Assembly (NCBI GenBank): GCA_013822345.1
Contig: PNKH01000032.1
Location: 643-64,642, forward strand
Direction of reading: 5' to 3'
Source of the DNA: Isosphaera sp.
Lineage (GTDB): Bacteria > Planctomycetota > Planctomycetia > Gemmatales > Gemmataceae
Length of the DNA: 64,000 nt
In this document: positions 54,971-64,000 of the stretch, one piece after another
Position numbering within the stretch: position 1 is the first letter of the stretch
How the letters are laid out: the number at the start of each line of letters is the position of its first letter
Translations under genes and position numbers: made by a program
The notes under the pieces: generated by a model
Seen by the model: the letters and a program-made list of their open reading frames with translations, nothing else
What the model was told of the DNA's origin: nothing
The model's database searches: none

Positions 54971-55052
54971 GCCGGGCGAACCGCGACCGTCAGGGAGCGG
55001 GTGCCGCCCCGCGGACGGACACCCGCTCCCTGACGGTCGCGGTTCGCCCGGC
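54971..55052. repeat. REP-like hairpin, 33-bp perfect arms
   Basis: gccgggcgaaccgcgaccgtcagggagcgggtg at 54971-55003; exact reverse complement at 55020-55052. Confidence 0.85.
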
Positions 55053-55068
55053 TAACGGCAGATGCGGG

Positions 55069-56502
<1,434 letters not shown>

Positions 56503-56852
56503 TCAAGAAGGAAGCCGACCGGCCCCGGCGTGGTGTGCGTCGTGGAGGGCGGCCCGCGGGCGTCATGCCCGACGGGTTCGCCCGGGGTACGTCTGCCGGG
56601 GCCGGCCGGTCGGGGCCGCGGGAAGGTCCGGGACCGGGCGGCGTCGGGGGCCGCGCGCCCGCTCGACCGGACCCGGTCGGGGAGGGGGGTCGACGGCAAC
56701 AGAGGCTGCCGGACCGCACCCGCCCGACCTCTTCCCGCGATCCTGTCTCGCCGCCAGTGGTTGGGTGCCACCCGCGGCTCGACGCCCCTATTGATCGGCG
56801 GCGCCCGATCCGGGCTTGACGCGCTTCTTCACAAAACCCCAACCGCGGCCCG

Positions 56853-57731
56853 TCACCCCGCCCGCGCGACCGGCGCGTCGGCGAGGAACCCCTGGAGGAC
56901 GGCGAGGTTCACCGGGTCCATCGCCTCGCCGGCGGGGCCCTCCTTCGGCGTCTCCAGAACCATCGGCAGGTGGGCGAACCGCGTGTCGGTGACCAGCCGG
57001 CGGAACGGCTCCGGCCCGATCATCCCGAGGCCGATCCCGGCGTGCCGGTCGACCCGGCTGCCACGCCCCTTCACGCTGTCGTTCAGGTGGAACAGCTCCA
57101 GCCGCGACAGGCCGACCACCCGGTCGAACTCGTCGACCGTCGCCGCGTACTCGTCGGCGGTGGCCAGCCCGTACCCGGCGGCGAAGACGTGGCAGGTGTC
57201 GAGGCACACCCCGAGCCAGTCGGCGTCCGTCACGTGGTCGAGGATGGTGCGGAGGTGCTCGAACCGGTGCCCGAGGCACGTCCCCTGCCCGGCGGTCGTC
57301 TCCAGCAACACCTTCACCTTGACCCCGGGGCACCGGCCGCGGACCTCGTCCAGCCCCGCCGCGACGCGGGCCAGGCCGGCGTCCTCCCCGCTGCCGGTGT
57401 GCGCCCCGGGGTGGGTGACGAGGTAGCTGAGGCCGAGCGCCTCGGCCCGCTCGACCTCGACCGCTAACGCCGCCACCGACTTCCGGAACGCCGCGTCGTC
57501 CGGGGCGGCGAGGTTGATGAGGTACGAGTCGTGGGCGGTCGGGAACCGCAGCCCGGCGGCCGCGACCGCAGCCCGGAAGGCGCGGACGTCCGCGTCGGCG
57601 AGCGGCTTCGCCTCCCAGGCGTTCGGGCTCTTGGTGAAGATCTGGACCGTGCCGCACCCGAGGGCGGCCGCGGCCTCCGCGGCCTTGCGCAGGCCGCCCG
57701 CGACCGACAGGTGGGCGCCGAGGACGGGCAT
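56853..57731 (-). CDS. nfo: Endonuclease IV
   Basis: LGAHLS, HDSYLINL, HPG, LETTAGQG, CLDTCH, HLNDS, DRHA, LETP. Confidence 0.95.
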   Translation of the reverse strand: MPVLGAHLSVAGGLRKAAEAAAALGCGTVQIFTKSPNAWEAKPLADADVRAFRAAVAAAGLRFPTAHDSYLINLAAPDDAAFRKSVAALAVEVERAEALGLSYLVTHPGAHTGSGEDAGLARVAAGLDEVRGRCPGVKVKVLLETTAGQGTCLGHRFEHLRTILDHVTDADWLGVCLDTCHVFAAGYGLATADEYAATVDEFDRVVGLSRLELFHLNDSVKGRGSRVDRHAGIGLGMIGPEPFRRLVTDTRFAHLPMVLETPKEGPAGEAMDPVNLAVLQGFLADAPVARAG

Positions 57732-57747
57732 CGCGAAACTCCGTGAC

Positions 57748-57775
57748 TGGACAACCCTCCTCCCCGGTGTATGAT
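57748..57775 (+). promoter_or_regulatory. Sigma-70-like promoter upstream of the cimA leader
   Basis: TGGACA-16 bp-TATGAT. Confidence 0.45.
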
Positions 57776-57806
57776 TCCCCCGACCCCAGGTCCGTGGGAA
57801 ACCCCC

Positions 57807-57887
57807 GTGAACCCGTCCGCCCCGAGCACCCCGATCACGATTACCGCCGCGCAGGGAGTGCGCGCCATCGTCGTCACGGTCGGGTGA
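57807..57887 (+). CDS. Attenuator leader peptide MNPSAPSTPITITAAQGVRAIVVTVG
   Basis: GTG start; ITIT and IVVTV codon clusters; followed by alternative hairpins and a terminator. Confidence 0.7.
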   Translation: MNPSAPSTPITITAAQGVRAIVVTVG

Positions 57888-57914
57888 GCGGGGTCGTCGG
57901 AACCGAACCAGCCG

Positions 57915-57943
57915 ACCCCGGAGCAGACGCTTCGGGGTTTTTT
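57915..57943 (+). terminator. Attenuator intrinsic terminator
   Basis: accccggagc-agac-gcttcggggt stem followed by a T run; ggggtcg (57890-57896) can pair with cgacccc (57913-57919) as antiterminator. Confidence 0.8.
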
Positions 57944-57976
57944 GTTTCCCGCGCCGCACACACGGGGTCGCACGCC

Positions 57977-59557
57977 ATGAGCCGGGTCTTCGTCTACGAC
58001 ACCACCCTCCGCGACGGCAGCCAGGGCGAGGGGGTGAACTTCTCGCTCCAGGACAAGCTCCTCCTGACGCGCCGGCTCGACGAGATCGGCGTGGATTACG
58101 TCGAGGGCGGGTACCCGCTGTCGAACCCGAAGGACGCGGAGTACTTCCGGGCGGTGCGCGAGCTGCCGCTGCGGCACGCGAAGGTGTGCGCGTTCGGGAT
58201 GACCCGGCGGAAGAACAGCCCGCCCGAGACCGACACGTGCCTGAAGGCGCTGCTCGACGCGGAGACGCCGGTGGTCACCATCGTCGGGAAGACGTGGGAC
58301 TTCCACGTCACCGACGTGCTCGGGACGACGCTCGACGAGAACCTGCGGATGATCGCCGACTCGGTCGCGTTCTGCCGGGCCGCCGGCCGCGAGGTGTTCT
58401 ACGACGCGGAGCACTTCTTCGACGGATACCGGGCGAACCCGGGGTACGCCCTGCGGACGCTCGCGGCGGCCGCCGGCGGGGGCGCGTCGGTCGTGATCCT
58501 CTGCGACACGAACGGCGGGACGATGCCGGAGCGGGTGGCCGAGGTGGTGGCGGTTGTGCGGCGGGAACTGGGCTGCGCGGTCGGCATCCACTGCCACAAC
58601 GACTGCGACCTGGCGGTGGCGAACACGCTGGCCGCGGTGCGGGCCGGGGCGACGCAGGTGCAGGGGACCGTGAACGGGATCGGCGAGCGGTGCGGGAACG
58701 TCGACCTGGTGAGCGTGGTGGCGAACCTCGCCCTGAAGTACGGGTACGAGGTGCTCGCCCCGGACAGCCTGTCCCGGCTGACCGAGACCTCGCGGTACGT
58801 CTACGAGCTGGCGAACATGAACTTCCGGCCGGGCCAGCCGTTCGTCGGGCAGAGCGCGTTCGCCCACAAGGGCGGGATGCACACCCACGCGGTGGCGAAG
58901 GACCCGACGACCTACGAGCACGTCCGCCCGGAGGCGGTCGGGAACGAGCGGCGGATCCTGGTGTCGGAGCTGTCGGGCCACTCCACCATCCTGGCGAAGA
59001 CGACGAAGTACCAGGTGACGCACGACAAGGCGCTGATGACGAAGATCCTGACGCGGGTGCAGGACCTGGAGAACGAGGGGTACGAGTTCGAGGCGGCGGA
59101 GGCGTCGTTCGACCTGCTGGTGAAGCGGCAGGCCGGGCTGTACCGGCCGTGGTTCTCGCGGGTCGCGTACCGGGTGGACATCGACGCCGGGTGGGACGGG
59201 GTGGTGACGACCGAGGCGACGGTGAAGGTGCAGGTGGACGGGAAGGCGGAGCACACGGTGAGCGACGGGGACGGGCCGGTGAACGCGCTGGACGGGGCGT
59301 TGCGGAAGGCGCTGCTCCCGCACTTCCCGCGGCTGGCGGAGATGCAGCTGGTGGACTACAAGGTGCGGGTGGTGAACGCCCGGGCGGGGACGGCGGCCCG
59401 GGTGCGGGTGGTGATCGAGAGCCGGGACGGGGCGGACGTGTGGGGGACGGTCGGGGTGAGCGAGAACGTGGTGGAGGCGAGCTGGCTCGCGTTGTCCGAC
59501 AGCTTCGAGTACAAACTGTTCAAGGACGCGGAGGCCCCGACCGGAGGTGAGGCATGA
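57977..59557 (+). CDS. cimA: Citramalate synthase
   Basis: YDTTLRDGSQGEG, EGGYPLSNPKD, GKTWDFHV, YDAEHFFDG, LCDTNGG, HCHND, FAHKGGMH, FEAAEASF. Confidence 0.92.
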   Translation: MSRVFVYDTTLRDGSQGEGVNFSLQDKLLLTRRLDEIGVDYVEGGYPLSNPKDAEYFRAVRELPLRHAKVCAFGMTRRKNSPPETDTCLKALLDAETPVVTIVGKTWDFHVTDVLGTTLDENLRMIADSVAFCRAAGREVFYDAEHFFDGYRANPGYALRTLAAAAGGGASVVILCDTNGGTMPERVAEVVAVVRRELGCAVGIHCHNDCDLAVANTLAAVRAGATQVQGTVNGIGERCGNVDLVSVVANLALKYGYEVLAPDSLSRLTETSRYVYELANMNFRPGQPFVGQSAFAHKGGMHTHAVAKDPTTYEHVRPEAVGNERRILVSELSGHSTILAKTTKYQVTHDKALMTKILTRVQDLENEGYEFEAAEASFDLLVKRQAGLYRPWFSRVAYRVDIDAGWDGVVTTEATVKVQVDGKAEHTVSDGDGPVNALDGALRKALLPHFPRLAEMQLVDYKVRVVNARAGTAARVRVVIESRDGADVWGTVGVSENVVEASWLALSDSFEYKLFKDAEAPTGGEA

Positions 59558-60378
59558 CGCCCGACCTGGAGATGGCGGTCCCGGAGCCGGTGCCGACGCC
59601 GGACGACCCGTTCGCCCTCGGGTGGAGGCACACCCCCGACGGGTCGGCCGACTGGCGGGTGCCGCTGACGGAGGACGACCTCCTCTACCCACAGGAGGGG
59701 GATTTCGTCGTGAACAACGCCGCCCACGACGACGACCGCCGTTACCTGGTAACGGTGTTCCGGGAGCGGGTCGCCGGCCGGGAGGGCTTGCGGGTCTTCG
59801 GCGACCACCTGATCGACTTCGGGGTGCCGGGGCTGCCCAACCTCGGCCCGGACGTGATCCTGCTGAACAGCGAGCCGCGGGAGTGGGACCGGCACCGGGC
59901 CGTCTTCCCGGTGACGGACATGGCCGCCCGGCCACTGGTCGTAGTCGAACTGACCTCGCCGACCACGCGGAAGAAGGACCTGACGGAGAAGCCGGGACTG
60001 TTCTACCGGGCCGGGGTGCCACTACTCGTCCTGATCGACCTGCGGTACGGGGGCGGGAAGCGGCCGGGCGGGATCGCCGCGTTCCAGGCCGGCCCGTCCG
60101 GGTACGAGGTCCTACCTACGGAACCGGACGGGCGGGTCTGGGTCGAGGTGGTGGACGTGTTCCTCGCCGCGGAGAACGACCAGGTCGTGTGCTACGACCC
60201 GGACGGGAACCGGATCGAGAATTACCACGGGCTCCGCGCCCAACGGGACGAGGAGCGGCGGCGGGCCGAAGCCGAGAAGGCCCGGGCCGACGCAGAGAAG
60301 CAACGGGCGGATGAGACCGCCAGGAAAATCGCGGACCTCGAGGCCGAGCTGAAGCGCCTCCGCGGCGACGCGAACTGA
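59554..60378 (+). CDS. Uma2-family endonuclease-like protein with C-terminal coiled coil
   Basis: LTEDDLLYPQEGD, GPDV, VVELTSPTTRKKD, YRAGVP; RAEAEKARADAEKQRAD. Confidence 0.8.
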   Translation: MTPDLEMAVPEPVPTPDDPFALGWRHTPDGSADWRVPLTEDDLLYPQEGDFVVNNAAHDDDRRYLVTVFRERVAGREGLRVFGDHLIDFGVPGLPNLGPDVILLNSEPREWDRHRAVFPVTDMAARPLVVVELTSPTTRKKDLTEKPGLFYRAGVPLLVLIDLRYGGGKRPGGIAAFQAGPSGYEVLPTEPDGRVWVEVVDVFLAAENDQVVCYDPDGNRIENYHGLRAQRDEERRRAEAEKARADAEKQRADETARKIADLEAELKRLRGDAN

Positions 60379-60399
60379 ACCCCGAACACCCCGGACCAC

Positions 60400-63384
60400 A
60401 TGGCGACCGAACTGGCGAAGGCGTACGACCCGAAGGCGGCCCAGGAGCGGTTCCTCCGCGAGTGGGAGGACAAGGGGTACTTCCGCTCCGACCCGGACGG
60501 GCGGAAGCCGTTCACCATCGTCATCCCGCCGCCGAACGTGACCGGCGCCCTCCACATGGGCCACGCCCTGAACAACACCCTGCAGGACGTGCTGATCCGG
60601 TGGCGGCGGGCGCAGGGGTACAACGCCCTGTGGATGCCCGGCACCGACCACGCCGGGATCGCCACCCAGGCGGTGGTGGAGCGGCTCGTGTTCGCCCAGG
60701 AGAAGAAGACCCGGCACGACCTCGGCCGGGACGAGCTGGTGCGCCGCATCTGGGACTGGAAGGGCCGGTACGAGGCCCGCATCCTCGGCCAACTGCGGCA
60801 GATGGGGGCGAGCTGCGACTGGCGGCGGACGCGGTTCACGCTCGACGACACCTGCGCCCGGGCGGTGCGCGAAACCTTCTTCCGCATGTTCCGCGACGGG
60901 TACATCTACCGCGGCAAGCGACTCGTGAACTGGGACGCCCACCTGCAGACATCGGTGGCCGACGACGAGACGTACACGGAGGACACCAAGGGCGGGTTCT
61001 GGACGTTCAAGTATCCCGTGAACGGGGTGACGGACACCTACATCCGGTTCAGCACGACGCGGCCCGAGACGATGCTCGGCGACACCGCCGTGTGCGTGCA
61101 CCCCAACGACGAGAGATACAAGTCCCTCATCGGCAAGACGGTGACGATCCCGCTCAACGGCCGCACCATCCCGATCATCGCCGACGGCCAGCTCGCGGAC
61201 CCGGAACTCGGCACCGGGTGCGTGAAGGTGACGCCGGCCCACGACCCGAACGACTACGCCTGCTGGCAGCGGCACCCTGAGATCGGGATCATCAACATCC
61301 TCAACCCGGACGGCACCCTCAACGACGCCGGGGGCGAGTTCAAAGGGATGGATCGGTACAAGGCCCGCGACGCCGTGGCGAAGAAGATGGAGGAGCTCGG
61401 TTTCTTCGAGGGGAAGGAAGACCGGGTAGTGCCGCTGAAGTATAGCGACCGGTCGAAGACGCCGATCGAGCCGCTGCTGTCGGACCAGTGGTTCGTGCGG
61501 ATGGGGGACCGCGACGACGGCAAGCCGAGTCTGGCGCAGATGGCGATGGACGCGGTGACGAGTGGGCGGGTGAAGTTCTTCCCGGAGCGGTACAAGGACG
61601 GCTACCTGGCGTGGCTCGGCGAGAAGCGCGACTGGTGCATCAGCCGGCAGCTCTGGTGGGGCCACCGCATCCCGGTGTGGGTGCTGCAAAGGACTTGGCA
61701 GACGGACGACGAATACAAATGGCACCCGGAACTCGTCGAGAAGATCGCGAAGTGGAAGCAGGAAGGGCGGCTCGACAGCAAAGACACCGAGGATGACGTG
61801 ATGGTGGACCGCATGCTCGTATGCGTGCGGGATGAGGGCGACACGGAAGTGACGGAGGCGCTGGAGAAGTTCGGGTTCTTCCGGCGTGACCCCGACGTGC
61901 TCGACACCTGGTTCTCGTCCGCCCTGTGGCCGCACAGCACCCTCGGGTGGCCGGAGCCGACGCCGGAGGTGAAGTACTACTACCCGACCTCCGTGCTCTG
62001 TACGAGCCGCGACATCATCACCCTGTGGGTGGCCCGGATGGTGCTCACCGGGCTGTACAACCTCAACGACATCCCGTTCCATCACGTGTACATCCACGCC
62101 CAACTGCAGGACGCGTTCGGCGAGCGGATGAGCAAGACTACGGGGAACGGCATCGACCCGCTCGACATCATCGAGCGGTACGGGGCCGACGCCCTCCGCT
62201 TCCAGATGGTGGCCCTCGCCGGCGACACCCAGGACAGCCGGGTGGCGGTGTCGAACGTGTGCCCGCACTGCGACACCCTGGTGCCCATCAAGCAAGAGCA
62301 CCTGAAGGGGCGGACCAAGAAGCTCGCCTGCCCGAACTGCAAGAAGCCGTTCCGGCCCGGCGGTCCGTGGACCAGCGACGACCCGGAGCTAATGACCGCG
62401 AAGCAGGCGTCGGAGCGGTTCGACCAGGGCCGGAACTTCGCGAACAAGATGTGGAACGCGACCCGGTTCCTCCTCCTCAATCTCGATGGGTACACCCCCG
62501 GCCCGGTCGACGTGGCGGCGCTGCCGACCGAAGACCGCTGGCTCCTGTCGCGACTCGCCACCACCACGAAGGAGGTGACCGCCGCGCTGGAGGCGTACAA
62601 GTTCAGCGAGGTGGCCCGGCTCGTGTACGACTTCGTGTGGTCCGAGTTCTGCGACTGGTACATCGAGATGTCGAAGGGCCGGCTCAAGGACCCGGCCGCC
62701 CGGGAACCCGCGCAGCGGGTTCTCGCCGGCGCCCTCGACGGCATCCTCCGCCTCGTGCAGCCGGTGATGCCGTTCGTGGCCGAGTCGCTGTGGCAGGCGC
62801 TCAACGAGGCCGCCCCCGAGCGCGGGCTGCCCGCCCCCGCGAAGGCCGAGGAGAGCGTGTGCATCGCGAGGTGGCCGGCATACCCCGATGCCTGGATCGA
62901 CGCCGGCGTGGAGACGCGGTTCGCCCGGATGCAGGAGCTGGTGCGCGGGGTGCGCGAGGTGCGGAACCGCTACCAGGTGGACGACAAGACCCGCCTCGAC
63001 GTGGCGGTGAAGTGTGCGGACGCGGTGGCCGCCGATTTCAACGTGCTGGCCGCGTTCATCGGCCCGCTCGCCGGGATCGCGAACCTGACCGCCGGGCCGA
63101 ACACCGCGAAGCCGAAGCAGGCCGGCGGGATCGTGCGGCCGGAGTTCGAGGCGTACGTGCCGCTCGCCGGGCTGATCGACCCGGCGGCCGAGGCGAAGCG
63201 GCTGGAGAAGCAGATCGCCGACAAGCGGAAGGCGCTCGACGCGATCCGGGCGAAGCTGGCGAACGAGAAGTTCGTGAGCGGCGCCCCGCCCGAGGTGGTG
63301 CAGCAGCAGCGCGAGTCGGCGGCCGACCTCGAGAAGCAAGTCGCCGCACTGGAGGAGAACCTGAAGGACATGCAGGCGGCGTGA
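60400..63384 (+). CDS. valS: Valine--tRNA ligase
   Basis: PPPNVTGALHMGHA (HIGH-like), RDWCISRQLWWGHRIP, DVLDTWFSS, RMSKT (KMSKS-like), C-terminal coiled coil. Confidence 0.98.
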   Translation: MATELAKAYDPKAAQERFLREWEDKGYFRSDPDGRKPFTIVIPPPNVTGALHMGHALNNTLQDVLIRWRRAQGYNALWMPGTDHAGIATQAVVERLVFAQEKKTRHDLGRDELVRRIWDWKGRYEARILGQLRQMGASCDWRRTRFTLDDTCARAVRETFFRMFRDGYIYRGKRLVNWDAHLQTSVADDETYTEDTKGGFWTFKYPVNGVTDTYIRFSTTRPETMLGDTAVCVHPNDERYKSLIGKTVTIPLNGRTIPIIADGQLADPELGTGCVKVTPAHDPNDYACWQRHPEIGIINILNPDGTLNDAGGEFKGMDRYKARDAVAKKMEELGFFEGKEDRVVPLKYSDRSKTPIEPLLSDQWFVRMGDRDDGKPSLAQMAMDAVTSGRVKFFPERYKDGYLAWLGEKRDWCISRQLWWGHRIPVWVLQRTWQTDDEYKWHPELVEKIAKWKQEGRLDSKDTEDDVMVDRMLVCVRDEGDTEVTEALEKFGFFRRDPDVLDTWFSSALWPHSTLGWPEPTPEVKYYYPTSVLCTSRDIITLWVARMVLTGLYNLNDIPFHHVYIHAQLQDAFGERMSKTTGNGIDPLDIIERYGADALRFQMVALAGDTQDSRVAVSNVCPHCDTLVPIKQEHLKGRTKKLACPNCKKPFRPGGPWTSDDPELMTAKQASERFDQGRNFANKMWNATRFLLLNLDGYTPGPVDVAALPTEDRWLLSRLATTTKEVTAALEAYKFSEVARLVYDFVWSEFCDWYIEMSKGRLKDPAAREPAQRVLAGALDGILRLVQPVMPFVAESLWQALNEAAPERGLPAPAKAEESVCIARWPAYPDAWIDAGVETRFARMQELVRGVREVRNRYQVDDKTRLDVAVKCADAVAADFNVLAAFIGPLAGIANLTAGPNTAKPKQAGGIVRPEFEAYVPLAGLIDPAAEAKRLEKQIADKRKALDAIRAKLANEKFVSGAPPEVVQQQRESAADLEKQVAALEENLKDMQAA

Positions 63385-63387
63385 CCC

Positions 63388-63452
63388 CCGGCGAGCCGGG
63401 AGCGTGAGCGACCGGAGGCGCCCTCCGGTCGCTCACGCTCCCGGCTCGCCGG
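63388..63452. repeat. REP-like hairpin, 31-bp perfect arms, between convergent valS and truB
   Basis: ccggcgagccgggagcgtgagcgaccggagg-cgc-reverse complement. Confidence 0.85.
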
Positions 63453-64000
63453 CCCGACCCGGGACCATGACCACCGGCTTGACCGTCCCGCCCCCGTGCG
63501 GCACGACCGTCCCGACGAACCCGCCGTCCGAGTCGAACGCCGCGACGTGCTGCCTCGGGTTCCCGAGCGGGTACGGGAGTTGGCACCGCACCAACTGTCC
63601 GTTCCGCAGCCGCGGGACGACTTCCGCGCCCAACGTGACCCGCGGCAGGCCCGACACCGCCTCCGACATCGGCCGGAGCGCGACCGACGCCGGCGCCGCA
63701 TCCACCCCGACCCCCTGCTCCGCCGTGAACGGCCCGACCCGCGTCCGGCGCAGCGTCTGCACCAAGCCGCCACAGCCGAGCACGTCGCCCACGTCCCGCG
63801 CGATCGAGCGGATGTACGTCCCCTTCCCGCAGTCCACCTCCACGTCCGCGAACGGCCACTCGTACCCCACCAGCCGCACCGCGTCGATGCGGACGGGCCG
63901 CGCCGCCAGCCGCACGTCCTTCCCCGCCCGGGCCAGGTCGTGCGCCCGCTCCCCGGACACCTTCAACGCCGAGAACGCCGGCGGCACCTGCTCGACGGTT
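63433..64000 (-). CDS. truB: tRNA pseudouridine(55) synthase (5' part outside window)
   Basis: QVPPAFSALKVSGERAHDLAR, VDCGKGTYIRSIARD, LRRTRVGPF. Confidence 0.93.
   Translation of the reverse strand, partial: TVEQVPPAFSALKVSGERAHDLARAGKDVRLAARPVRIDAVRLVGYEWPFADVEVDCGKGTYIRSIARDVGDVLGCGGLVQTLRRTRVGPFTAEQGVGVDAAPASVALRPMSEAVSGLPRVTLGAEVVPRLRNGQLVRCQLPYPLGNPRQHVAAFDSDGGFVGTVVPHGGGTVKPVVMVPGRAGEPGA

Overview
High-GC window whose gene families and REP-type hairpins point to a planctomycete (Gemmataceae-like; inference). Positions 1 to about 50258 are the right-hand part of a large integrated mobile element whose left end lies outside the window. It ends at a large serine recombinase gene (48560-50173, minus) that sits next to the decapitated 3' end of a YgiQ-family radical SAM gene (50259-50642), the likely att junction. 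The backbone (about 29.4-50.2 kb) is plasmid-like: Rep with iteron-like repeats, ParA plus a small partner, YhcG nuclease, an SSB-like protein, DUF932, an acidic protein, ParB, a TerY-like vWA plus kinase pair, a MobC-like protein, MobF relaxase-helicase and a coupling protein. No mating-pair-formation genes are seen. The cargo (1 to 29.4 kb) is a copper/heavy-metal cluster: multicopper oxidase, HMA protein, TolC, double-MFP, CusA/CzcA RND, several YHS-like and GxHGG proteins, and a YHS-fused glucan phosphorylase. The most striking signal is at 20.5-26.9 kb. Foreign-looking genes (TPR-methyltransferase, WD40) sit between duplicated, codon-conservatively diverged 3' ends of three different resident genes, which looks like a repeated gene-accretion hotspot. 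From 50.6 kb on, the DNA is core chromosome (RluA family, FHA-GAF sigma-54 activator, eno, nfo, cimA with an Ile/Val/Thr leader-peptide attenuator, Uma2, valS, truB) with three REP-like hairpins. All family assignments come from motif recognition by eye; no database searches were run.
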